DNA from: Bdellovibrio sp.
Lineage (GTDB): Bacteria > Bdellovibrionota > Bdellovibrionia > Bdellovibrionales > Bdellovibrionaceae
Length of the DNA stretch: 64,000 nucleotides
Direction of reading: 5' to 3'
Assembly (NCBI GenBank): GCA_031428535.1
Contig: JANPPN010000029.1
Coordinates: forward strand, 21,754-85,753
How positions within the stretch are numbered: position 1 is the stretch's first letter; each line of letters starts with the position of its first letter. The position numbers and the translations under genes are program-made. The notes under the pieces are model-generated. The model searched no databases and had not been told where the DNA came from. It saw only the letters and a list, made by a program, of their open reading frames with translations. Positions 27,568 through 36,259 of this stretch are shown one piece after another.

Positions 27568-28634
27568 TGAAGACACTTGCCATGATCCTCATATTATTTT
27601 CGGCCTTTTTTTCCGGTGCAGAGATGACCAAATGCCCCCGGTCAGAAACCGACAGCGATATAAAAGACGAAACAAAGCTTCTGAAAACTTTTACAATTGA
27701 GTATTGGAAAGTTGCGGCCGCCGAAATTGCCAAATTGCCGGCACCGTTGCAACAAAAAGGTTTCGTTGTTGGAGACTTTCATTTTAATAACGTAGGCCTT
27801 TACTATAACTACTCGAAAAGAAAACCCGAGCTGGTTCTGAACGACTTTGATGATGCCGGGATTAATTTTTTACTTGTCGATATCATGAAGTATCTTACAT
27901 TCATTAAAAAAATCGACAAAGAACTCAACTTGGAAGACGTATTCCGCAATTACCAGGCGGGCCTAGTTCGCTCAAATGAACTGACCTTGCCGACGGATAT
28001 CCTGAATGAGGCTCAACACGATTTTAATAAGAATTTGCAAAAATACCTCGAGCACCAAAGAGAAGAAATTATAAAATTTGATAAGTCAAAAATAACACCC
28101 GAACAGAATTTAAAAATACAAACGCTACTGAGAATGAAAATTATTACTCAACTTGCCGATGTGGAATACATGGTAAAAATAAACGACTCCGGTTCTTCAA
28201 AAGATATGGAACGTTACGAATTTATCGGTAAAGACCGAAGTGGCACCCCGAACCTGATTGAATTTAAAAAATTGAAATGTTCCGCTGCCGGTGCTGCGCA
28301 CGAGCAGGATCTTAGTGCAAATTTTGAATTTATCCGCAATAACTACCTTAAAAAATTTTCGCCACTAATTGCAAACCAGTTTGTTTTTCGTTTGGGCGAC
28401 GAAACGTTTTTAGTCCGGCAAAAGGCATTTAATCCGCTGAAAAAGCTGGAAATTGAAGAGCAACCCACCAAGAAAATACAAAAATTTGCTAACTTCTTTG
28501 CCGTCTTCCTCGGCACGATTCACGCAAAATCAGCCAATAAAAACTACATCAAGGCGCTTGCTGCGAATGAAACAAAAATTCTGAAACTGGCCAAAGAAAT
28601 CTCAAGCAAATTCAGCGATACTGTACGGGACTGA
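27567..28634 (+). CDS. DUF2252-like (APH/protein-kinase-like fold) protein with signal peptide
   Basis: VGDFHFNNVG catalytic loop, LNDFDDA, ERYEFI, LIEFK, FLVRQ, LGTIHAKS; N-terminal MKTLAMILILFSAFFSGA. Confidence 0.7.
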   Translation: MKTLAMILILFSAFFSGAEMTKCPRSETDSDIKDETKLLKTFTIEYWKVAAAEIAKLPAPLQQKGFVVGDFHFNNVGLYYNYSKRKPELVLNDFDDAGINFLLVDIMKYLTFIKKIDKELNLEDVFRNYQAGLVRSNELTLPTDILNEAQHDFNKNLQKYLEHQREEIIKFDKSKITPEQNLKIQTLLRMKIITQLADVEYMVKINDSGSSKDMERYEFIGKDRSGTPNLIEFKKLKCSAAGAAHEQDLSANFEFIRNNYLKKFSPLIANQFVFRLGDETFLVRQKAFNPLKKLEIEEQPTKKIQKFANFFAVFLGTIHAKSANKNYIKALAANETKILKLAKEISSKFSDTVRD

Positions 28635-28637
28635 AAC

Positions 28638-29672
28638 GTGAAAAAAGTTTTTAGCTTTTTCTTAATGGCTTTTCTTCTTTCGCCGGCAACCGCCTCGGCG
28701 GCCTCACCGGTTATGTGCAAATACCTCTTTCATACGGATGATCGTCTGAGCAAGTCTGTACGGGTTTTTCACTCTGGTAACACCGATACGACCTCGCTGC
28801 GCCAAGAGGTTAAGTATGTCGTTAAAACTTCAGACTTCGATGCCTATACACATGTGCTCGGAGATTTTTTTAACGCGCGTTTTAAAAATCGCGACAAAGC
28901 CGAAGACGGCTTTGCGAATATCACATCCACTCTTTATATGACCGTGGCCAAGTATATTCAAAATGGTAAAAAACTTTCGGCCAAGGTCCGGTTCCGAAAA
29001 TATCTCTCAAGAAAATTAAGCGACAACAACTGGAACAATCTGATTGTTTCGGAAAAACTGACGGATCGCTCGTGGCTCGAGCTCAAAATCCAACATCCGG
29101 AATTTGCAAATGTGGTTTTCAAACCCCGGCTATTGATTCTTGATAAAGATATCCAAAAACTGATTACCGAAAAATATTTCGACTACAAAGATGGAATTAT
29201 TCGACGTCTGCGCGAAACTAATCCGGGAAAAGAAGCCGACATAAAAAAATTCACAGATTTTTTTGACGCCCTCTATACCACCCCTGCAATGCGCGTCGAA
29301 AACATGTACGCCAGAACCCAATACGAGCGCACGTCCTACAGCATCAAGCTCAATAATCCGGAAAAGCCCGCAGAAACCATCGATGTGCAGATTACCCTGG
29401 ATACAAATATCAGGCTGAAGCGCCTAAAGGATGGAAAAGATTTCAATGTTTACGGCCCTGACGAAACCGTCGTCGAAGTCAAAGTACCCGTACTGTATGC
29501 CAAACTTAGTGATGCCGACCTACAGGCGTTACCTGAGCTTGCCGAAATCAAAAAATTGATTGCAATGCTAACCGAGAAGCACAACATAAAATACCCTGCA
29601 AACAAAGGCAAAATGTCAAAAATCGACAAAAAAAATGAAATGGAAAATGATCCCGACCTTGACTGGGATTAA
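28638..29672 (+). CDS. VTC-domain (polyphosphate polymerase / CYTH-like) protein with signal peptide
   Basis: RQEVKY (ExK), STLY, KVRFRKY, LELK, TQYERTSY, ITLDTNI, VVEVK in canonical order; N-terminal MKKVFSFFLMAFLLSPATASA. Confidence 0.7.
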   Translation: MKKVFSFFLMAFLLSPATASAASPVMCKYLFHTDDRLSKSVRVFHSGNTDTTSLRQEVKYVVKTSDFDAYTHVLGDFFNARFKNRDKAEDGFANITSTLYMTVAKYIQNGKKLSAKVRFRKYLSRKLSDNNWNNLIVSEKLTDRSWLELKIQHPEFANVVFKPRLLILDKDIQKLITEKYFDYKDGIIRRLRETNPGKEADIKKFTDFFDALYTTPAMRVENMYARTQYERTSYSIKLNNPEKPAETIDVQITLDTNIRLKRLKDGKDFNVYGPDETVVEVKVPVLYAKLSDADLQALPELAEIKKLIAMLTEKHNIKYPANKGKMSKIDKKNEMENDPDLDWD

Positions 29673-29694
29673 ACCTCTGTGGCAGCATCGCTTC

Positions 29695-30303
29695 ATGATT
29701 AAAATATATGGTTCTCCTAAGTCCAGTGCCGGTCGTGTTTTTTGGATGCTCGAAGAATTAAACCTTCCTTACGAAGCTGTTAAAATCAACATGCGCGAAA
29801 AAGAACACAAAGGCGACGCCTACCTTAAACTTAATCCAAACGGAAAAGTTCCGTGCCTGACCGAAGGCGAGTTTGTCATCTGGGAATCTGTTGCCATCAA
29901 CAATTACCTCGCAGAAAAATATGCGCCGCAACTTTTAGGAACCACACCTGAAGATCGCGGTATCGTCCAGCAGTGGAGTCTTTGGTCGATGCTTGAATTA
30001 CAAAAACCTATAATTGACATTTTTATTCAGAAAGTTTTTGTTCCGGAAGATCGCAGAGATCTCGCTCTGATTGAGCGCTCACAAAAGAGTTGTCCGCCAT
30101 TGTTTAGAATCTTAGATAACGCTTTAAGTTCCCGTAAATATCTAGCCGGCGACGCCTTTACCGTTGCCGATTTAAACATGGCTTCGGTCGTGGTTATTGC
30201 CACGCCAATCCAAATGGATATTTCAGAATACAAGAATATCAGCGGCTGGATGGATGCCCTGACTCAACGGCCTTCGTTCAAAAAATACATTAAACTTGAA
30301 TAG
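29695..30303 (+). CDS. Glutathione S-transferase
   Basis: RVFWMLEEL, LNPNGKVP, IWESVAINNYLA, YLAGDAFTVADL. Confidence 0.95.
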   Translation: MIKIYGSPKSSAGRVFWMLEELNLPYEAVKINMREKEHKGDAYLKLNPNGKVPCLTEGEFVIWESVAINNYLAEKYAPQLLGTTPEDRGIVQQWSLWSMLELQKPIIDIFIQKVFVPEDRRDLALIERSQKSCPPLFRILDNALSSRKYLAGDAFTVADLNMASVVVIATPIQMDISEYKNISGWMDALTQRPSFKKYIKLE

Positions 30304-30308
30304 CAAGT

Positions 30309-30384
30309 GACCTCATAGCTCAATTGGATAGAGCACACGTTTCCTAAACGTATGATCCCTGTTCAATTCAGGGTGAGGTCACCA
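30309..30384 (+). tRNA. tRNA-Arg(CCU)
   Basis: Cloverleaf: acceptor GACCTCA/TGAGGTC, D arm GCTC/GAGC, anticodon loop TTCCTAA, T arm CCCTG-TTCAATT-CAGGG, encoded CCA; 76 nt; C27:A43 mismatch. Confidence 0.92.
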
Positions 30385-30435
30385 TTATTAACAACTCGCG
30401 AACAATGAACCGACAAAACAAGTGGTTTAGGTAGA

Positions 30436-31113
30436 TCATCGATTCAGGGACGAAACTTGAAACAAATTGGGCTTGATTTTTTGCACAGTTGGAATGACTT
30501 CAGACAGATTCAATTGGATAGCCAGCTTAATATCATCAATAAAATGCTGTGGCCAATTTCGCTGAGCCTTTTTCTCTTCGAGATCGGCCAACAGTGAGTG
30601 CGGATCTTCTAAAGGCCCATAGAACCCAGTCTTTAATTTATTTGCCAGCATTTTTGCACAAAGAGTATCTTCAGGAGCTTCCTTTTGAGTATTCATCTTT
30701 CCGGCTGGAATGATTTCTATATTTGAATATTTATTTTCTAGTAAATGCGCTAGAACGGAGCCGATGTTATTAAAACAGCCAATGACCATTGGAGTTTCTA
30801 AATAGTTTTTTTCAAGTGCCGTCGTCAAATTTGTAGTTTTATGAACTATTTTTTCACCACTCGAAACATGCCGCCGGACAAGGGTTGGAGAGTTATCGAT
30901 TCCTAAGTCATAGACTTCGGAAATGAGGCGATAAGAGTTTTCTAATAACTCACGAATAAGATTAAAGTCATTCGCCACCAGATATTCGAGCGGTCTTGTC
31001 TCTAAAATTGCTATCGAAGTGGTAGAAGCGCGGAAAACATCTATAAGAATAGAAATATCCGGCATCCAATCTAATGGCCTACTATCGAATCCATTTCTAA
31101 TCATAATGTTCAT
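30436..31113 (-). CDS. 2-phosphosulfolactate phosphatase (ComB)-like protein
   Basis: ILIDVFRASTT, DNSPT, TTNLT, EDTLCA motifs. Confidence 0.75.
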   Translation of the reverse strand: MNIMIRNGFDSRPLDWMPDISILIDVFRASTTSIAILETRPLEYLVANDFNLIRELLENSYRLISEVYDLGIDNSPTLVRRHVSSGEKIVHKTTNLTTALEKNYLETPMVIGCFNNIGSVLAHLLENKYSNIEIIPAGKMNTQKEAPEDTLCAKMLANKLKTGFYGPLEDPHSLLADLEEKKAQRNWPQHFIDDIKLAIQLNLSEVIPTVQKIKPNLFQVSSLNR

Positions 31114-31357
31114 CTACGTTTATGTATCAAAAGACAATCTGTCTGTCCAAAATCAAATCTTACCGAGCCTAAAGTCGAACACAAACGAGCTGGATTGTAG
31201 GACAAAGAGACCCCTCCCAATCTTGGCTTAAAACGCGGGCGGTTGGTACAAAACACTAAGATCGAAAGCAAGTGCCTACATGAGCGCGATTAGACGGCCA
31301 CGAGCGCTCTGGGTGGGGCCTTATGTAGCAAAGGAGCCAAAAAAAAAATGAGATTTT

Positions 31358-31771
31358 TTAAATATCGAACAATGAATCAAAGGGAATACGTGACGAGATT
31401 TCCTTATAGGCTTTTTCTGTGAGAGCAATGAATCGCCCGATGTCCTCAATGGTGAGTTCCCTTTTTAGGGCGTCAGGATAACGAAAAGCAACTGCATATG
31501 GAGTCAATTCCACGGTTGGTTTTAGAAATGCTTCCAAAGAAGTGTCAACTCCTACCACGAAGCCAAGAATTTCGCGAATATCATGGGTCTTTTCAAACTT
31601 CTTCCCATGAAAAGTCAAAAATCCTTTAAGGGCTTTTTCAATCACTTGCTGACAATGAAACGCGGTCGGCACAAATGCCTTCGGATTTTTGGAATCACTG
31701 AGCCACTTAGCAGCAAAAAGATCTTCTTTGGCTTTTTCAAACCAAGCTTGAACAGCTTTTTTATTGGCCAA
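31358..31771 (-). CDS. HEPN domain protein (MNT-HEPN pair)
   Basis: WFEKAKEDL, FHCQQVIEKALKG, KTHDI, YAVAFRYPD; probable TTG start at 31771 overlapping MNT stop. Confidence 0.85.
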   Translation of the reverse strand: MANKKAVQAWFEKAKEDLFAAKWLSDSKNPKAFVPTAFHCQQVIEKALKGFLTFHGKKFEKTHDIREILGFVVGVDTSLEAFLKPTVELTPYAVAFRYPDALKRELTIEDIGRFIALTEKAYKEISSRIPFDSLFDI

Positions 31772-32090
31772 TGTCGAGCTCTTTTCCTTCAGAGAAAACC
31801 GTATTGGCAATAGTATTGAGTTCGTTCTTCCATTCTTCAAACTCTTCTTCCGTGTAAATGAACACATCAACCGGCACCCAGAGACCCCAAAGAACCTCTT
31901 GGGCTTTTGCCATGCGTTTCGCCGAAGAGACGTCGGATTTTTCAACGATCAAAAACAGATCATAATCGCTAGTGGGTTTTTCCGTACCTTTGGCACGAGA
32001 GCCAAAGAGATAAACTTTCTTAGGCTTAAAATAATCGGTGAGTTTTTTAACAATTTGCTCAAGCTGAGTATCCGTGATTTTAAGTTTCAT
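31761..32090 (-). CDS. Minimal nucleotidyltransferase (MNT)
   Basis: VYLFGSRAKG...SDYDL...PVDVF. Confidence 0.9.
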   Translation of the reverse strand: MKLKITDTQLEQIVKKLTDYFKPKKVYLFGSRAKGTEKPTSDYDLFLIVEKSDVSSAKRMAKAQEVLWGLWVPVDVFIYTEEEFEEWKNELNTIANTVFSEGKELDIGQ

Positions 32091-32524
32091 ACTAAGCCGC
32101 CTCCGGAATAATATTCCGAGTGGACTCTTTTGCGGTTTTTTCTGCTTCTTGTTTTTCGTTTTCAGTCAGTGATACGAAAATTGTATTATGCTTTTTCATT
32201 TCCTCAATACCCGTGGCTTGTTGATCGGACTTACTCTTGCGCATAGACAAACTTTTTTATTCATAATGCACCTGCGAATATAGTGTTATTTTTTTAAACT
32301 TTCAATTTGAATGGACTTTGACGGTTCATCGACGCACCTCCTTTGGCTCATTCTGGGTTTTATTGTGTTTTGCTCATTTCCCGGCCAAAAGCGGAGACTT
32401 CTCCACGCGATGCGCAGGATTCCCAGAGCACTTTGCTTGTCGCCACCTCGGGCCCCCACAATAAATTTTCAGAGAAAGAAAATAGGAAAAAATACAAAAA
32501 AGAAACCGTATTTCATATATTTAG

Positions 32525-32553
32525 AAAAAAGGGATAAATCGGTCTTTATCCCT
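32525..32553 (-). terminator. Intrinsic terminator
   Basis: minus strand AGGGATAAA-loop-TTTATCCCT followed by T run, after 32570 gene. Confidence 0.7.
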
Positions 32554-32569
32554 ACCCTCAACTAAAAAA

Positions 32570-32926
32570 TCAATTCTGATAGCAGGTAACATTCTGAACT
32601 GTGAAAATGCCCCAAACTTGATTTGAATGGTCGTAAGCATCGGCTAAAACAGAGTTTACTTTAACTAGGTATGAATCAAAGATCATTTGATCTGTGCGAA
32701 CTTTTGCTTCGAAAACAGTCGTCATGTAGACATCACTAATTCCATTATCAATCTGGTCAACCACTTCGGTGTGACTCACTTGAAATAAATCTGATGAAAT
32801 TCCACACTGTTGTGCCACAACTTCAGTAATCATATTTTGTTGATAGGCTTCGAATTTAGATCCGCGAACTTCTGCAGTTGCAGAAAAAGATATCACTATT
32901 AACGCTAACAAAAAAATTGCTTTCAT
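32570..32926 (-). CDS. Small secreted hypothetical protein
   Basis: Signal peptide MKAIFLLALIVISFSATA, RBS GGGAG, two Cys, own terminator. Confidence 0.75.
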   Translation of the reverse strand: MKAIFLLALIVISFSATAEVRGSKFEAYQQNMITEVVAQQCGISSDLFQVSHTEVVDQIDNGISDVYMTTVFEAKVRTDQMIFDSYLVKVNSVLADAYDHSNQVWGIFTVQNVTCYQN

Positions 32927-33059
32927 TGTTTTCTCCCTTTAAGGTTTTGGTTTTGGTTTCGAGTTTGTTTTACACTAAACCAGATGATTGTTGTGTTACG
33001 ATTTCGTCAAGATGTAAAAATTATATGCAATTTTGTAACTTACTGAGAAGTTTAGTGGC

Positions 33060-34703
33060 TCAGTTTTCGTCAAACTCAGTAATTTCACTGAAAGCGGAGA
33101 AGATTTCGGCATTTTTTAGTTCTGATTTCATCTTGATAAGAAATGATTTCAAAATAGGTTTCTGCCCGGCCAATTCAAAGTCCAGCCCGGGATGAATATT
33201 GAAGACCTCAAGCTTTTTCAACCCCAGCTCATTCTTTAGTTTCAGAATTATTTTTCGGATATCATCGATATAAATGTTTTCAAAATTCGTTGAAAATAAA
33301 AGCTCCCCGTTTTCATTGAGACAATTCAAGCAATTCCGGAGCAAAATTTCAAGGCTCGTTTCAATTTTGAAAACGCCTTTTTCACCGCGCGAAAAGGAAG
33401 GTGGATCGCAAATAATCAGATCAAATTTCAGCTGCTTTTTCAGACTGCTTTCGAGAAAATCAAGGCTGTCGCGAAGTAAAAACTTATATTTTGCGGGATC
33501 AAGCTGATTAATTTCGAAATTTTTACGGCCCCAATTGAGAACATTCTTATTGGTGTCAATCGACGTAACCTGTGTGGCACCGCCAAGTGCCGCCGCAACA
33601 CTGAAGCCGCAGGTGTAGGAAAACAGATTCAGTACTTCGCGGCTTTTAGAATTGTTCAGCACCCAGTTGCGCTGCAACCGCTGATCTAAGAACAGGCCGA
33701 AGGACTGTCCTGAACCTGACCGCATTTCATAGTTGATGTTGTTTTCATTGGCCACCCAAATTTTTTCGGAATTCTCTGCGCCAATTAAGAGTTGAGACTT
33801 ATTTAAGGGATCTTTGCCGCGATTATGCATAAGGCGTACAAAAATAGATTTCTTAAGAACTTCGGCATACGCCGAAAATGTCTTTAAGTTTGCCTCGGTC
33901 CACTGCTCATTGAAAGAGGATAGTATTAAGTAATTTCCTAATTGATCGATTGTAAAGCCTGCGTTCTCTTCTTTGCCATGCATCAGCCTGAAGCACTGGT
34001 TTTCAGCTACAGAGGCAGAGTAAAGTCGTCTTCTTCGGTCTGCTTCAAAGAGTGCTTTTGCCAGAAGACGGTCTGCCAGCAAATCCAGGTTTTCAAAGTA
34101 AGGCGGTGCTGTTGATGTAACAACGATTCCGTTCGGAAATTCTATTCGGTGATTATGTAGACACAAAAAATCATAACTTGCACCGGTATATTTTTCGTCG
34201 CCCAGAATTGGGATTCCGGCGGCTTTGGCATGAATACGAATCTGATGATTTCGGCCCGTCAGCGGATTAGCCTGCCAAAGTTCATAATTTTTGTTTTTTC
34301 TAAGCTGCTTCAATAATGTTTTAGCTTCGAGGTCCCGGGCTTTATGCAGGATTGTTTGATCGATTTCGTAACTGTCTTTTACCGATTTTGCCGCCGTCAC
34401 AAACCAATAGGTTTTCTTAACTTGGCGATCGAAAAAATAAGCCGCATACTTTTTTGCGACCTCTGGCGACTTTGCAAAAATAATAACGCCGGTGGTGGTC
34501 TGATCAAGCCGGTGGACGATATAAAGCCGGTGCCCGAGCTGCTTTTCGTAAATTTCGATGAGGCCGTCCTGAATGAAATCAGCATTCCCGGCTTTTGCTT
34601 CATTGGTGTGACTGTTGATCCCGTATGGCTTATCGACGGCGATGATTTCGTTATTTTCAAATAAAACCTTCAATAAAAAATCAGGCAATCTTAAAAAATT
34701 CAT
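33060..34703 (-). CDS. Fusion of RluA-family pseudouridine synthase and RlmI/RlmK-like SAM methyltransferase
   Basis: N-half VDKPYG, VHRLD, TGRNHQIR; C-half GLFLDQR, VLNLFSYTCGFS, DPPSFS. Confidence 0.85.
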   Translation of the reverse strand: MNFLRLPDFLLKVLFENNEIIAVDKPYGINSHTNEAKAGNADFIQDGLIEIYEKQLGHRLYIVHRLDQTTTGVIIFAKSPEVAKKYAAYFFDRQVKKTYWFVTAAKSVKDSYEIDQTILHKARDLEAKTLLKQLRKNKNYELWQANPLTGRNHQIRIHAKAAGIPILGDEKYTGASYDFLCLHNHRIEFPNGIVVTSTAPPYFENLDLLADRLLAKALFEADRRRRLYSASVAENQCFRLMHGKEENAGFTIDQLGNYLILSSFNEQWTEANLKTFSAYAEVLKKSIFVRLMHNRGKDPLNKSQLLIGAENSEKIWVANENNINYEMRSGSGQSFGLFLDQRLQRNWVLNNSKSREVLNLFSYTCGFSVAAALGGATQVTSIDTNKNVLNWGRKNFEINQLDPAKYKFLLRDSLDFLESSLKKQLKFDLIICDPPSFSRGEKGVFKIETSLEILLRNCLNCLNENGELLFSTNFENIYIDDIRKIILKLKNELGLKKLEVFNIHPGLDFELAGQKPILKSFLIKMKSELKNAEIFSAFSEITEFDEN

Positions 34704-34888
34704 TGCTCTTCTTTCTCGTTTTGGACGATGCGAAACTGTACTGTATTACGTTCTGAAATTTAATCAGTTTGGCCGCAATTAAAAAACTTACACGACCCAA
34801 AACTGCAAAAAAGCCCTGCGACCTCCGTTAAATACCCGCAACTAAGGGACTTTTCCGACTATCAAGCAACTTTCTCTTCTATTTATCC

Positions 34889-34904
34889 AGGCCCCCATTA
34901 TGCA
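34889..34904 (+). promoter_or_regulatory. sigma54-type promoter upstream of CBS gene
   Basis: AGGCCCCCATTATGCA, GG-N10-GC, 31 nt before ATG. Confidence 0.55.
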
Positions 34905-34934
34905 GTTCATGCCTCAGAAACAATCTGGAGGATT

Positions 34935-35447
34935 ATGACCACCTTAAAATCGTTAGCTTACAAAAAGGTACTCGTACTCAAGATACATGCAAGCTTGTTT
35001 GATGCCGCAAAAGCGATGGAAAGCAAATCCGTTGGCTGCGCCCTTGTTTCTGATGGCAAAGGCCAGATTGTTGGCCTCATTACAGATCGGGATATCGCCT
35101 GCCGCGGAATCGGTTCTAAAATGAGTGCCTCAGAAAAAATAAGCTCGCTTGTTCGTCACGATTTGATCTACATCGGCGAAAATCGCTCGATTTCTGATGC
35201 AACGAAAGTTATGCAGCACTTCGGAATCCGGCGGCTTCCGGTCATTAAAACCGGCCCTGCCGGGAAAAGCAAATGCATCGGTATTGTCAGTTTTGATGAC
35301 CTGGTATTCTCGGGCGATGTTCCGCTAGACGAATTGGCAGAAATCATTCGCAGCCAGATGAATCGTCCTAAAAGAAAATCTGCTAAAAATCCGCCAGCGC
35401 TGTTCTTTTTGCCGAAAGAATTGCAGCCGATATCAACCCCGATCTGA
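34935..35447 (+). CDS. CBS domain pair protein
   Basis: VGLITDRDIACR, GIRRLPV, GIVSFDDL. Confidence 0.9.
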   Translation: MTTLKSLAYKKVLVLKIHASLFDAAKAMESKSVGCALVSDGKGQIVGLITDRDIACRGIGSKMSASEKISSLVRHDLIYIGENRSISDATKVMQHFGIRRLPVIKTGPAGKSKCIGIVSFDDLVFSGDVPLDELAEIIRSQMNRPKRKSAKNPPALFFLPKELQPISTPI

Positions 35448-35454
35448 TTGGACC

Positions 35455-36246
35455 ATGGACAAAATAAATTTCATTTTAAGTTTACTCCTGCTGCTGTCGT
35501 TGATGTTTTCCTGCGAGGAAGGTATGCGGGATCCGGCAGCAACCACCCAACAGATACAGCTTGATGAGGCCCGCCAAAACCTAGATGCCCAGAGACAAAA
35601 TCTGGATGCGGTGAAAGCCCAACTTGCGCAGCAGTCCCAGCAATATGAAGTGGTCTACCCGGCACAGCTCGCAGCTTACAACACGCAAATTCAAAATTTT
35701 ACAGACGTTCTGCAAACTCTAAAATCCGCCGAAGACGACGTGAATCAGGCGACCGCAGCTGCCCTTCGTACACAAAGCAGTGCGGCCCAGGTTGCGCGTG
35801 ACCGGGTTGAACCGCAAATTTCACAACTTGAAAGCGACATCCTGCAGACTAAGCAGCAAATCTATGTCTGGACCAACAACACTTTTACGCTGACACCTGA
35901 GCAACGGCAACTGCTGACGAATCTGCAGAACTCGCTGGAGTACCAACAGCAACAGCTCGATATTCTGAAGGCTGAACGAGTGAATATATCGGCTCAGATC
36001 CTCTCGCAGAACCTTTTAATCGATTCGGCTTCGCAACAACAAAAAAGAGAAATTGCCAACGAGCAGGCCATCTTGCAGAACGAAATTTTTACATTGAGAG
36101 GCGAAATTGATAGGTTGAAGAATTACTATTCGCAGACCCGCATGAGCCTTGTACCGCTGAACCAGCAGCTTGAACAGGCCCAGAAGTTATACGACGATCA
36201 ACAGCGAAGGGTTCGCGAGCTTGAAGCCACACGGCTACCAAAGTGA
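35455..36246 (+). CDS. Gln-rich coiled-coil lipoprotein
   Basis: Lipobox-like LMFSC after hydrophobic stretch; heptad Q/L/E pattern. Confidence 0.7.
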   Translation: MDKINFILSLLLLLSLMFSCEEGMRDPAATTQQIQLDEARQNLDAQRQNLDAVKAQLAQQSQQYEVVYPAQLAAYNTQIQNFTDVLQTLKSAEDDVNQATAAALRTQSSAAQVARDRVEPQISQLESDILQTKQQIYVWTNNTFTLTPEQRQLLTNLQNSLEYQQQQLDILKAERVNISAQILSQNLLIDSASQQQKREIANEQAILQNEIFTLRGEIDRLKNYYSQTRMSLVPLNQQLEQAQKLYDDQQRRVRELEATRLPK

Positions 36247-36259
36247 AAAAGCGCCTTGA

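Noticed and set aside
31311-31325. GGGTGGGGCC as a possible attR copy of the tRNA 3' end (GGGTGAGGTC)
   Set aside because: Only 8 of 10 nt match and no CCA follows; compatible with chance
31772-31945. ORF-track N-terminal extension of the HEPN gene
   Set aside because: Lies inside the MNT gene in another frame; the HEPN domain starts at about 31771
32311-32565. GC-richer intergenic patch with two short plus-strand ORFs, possible ncRNA or leader peptide
   Set aside because: No recognisable RNA family motif (SRP, tmRNA, RNase P, riboswitch) and no RBS; would need an Rfam search
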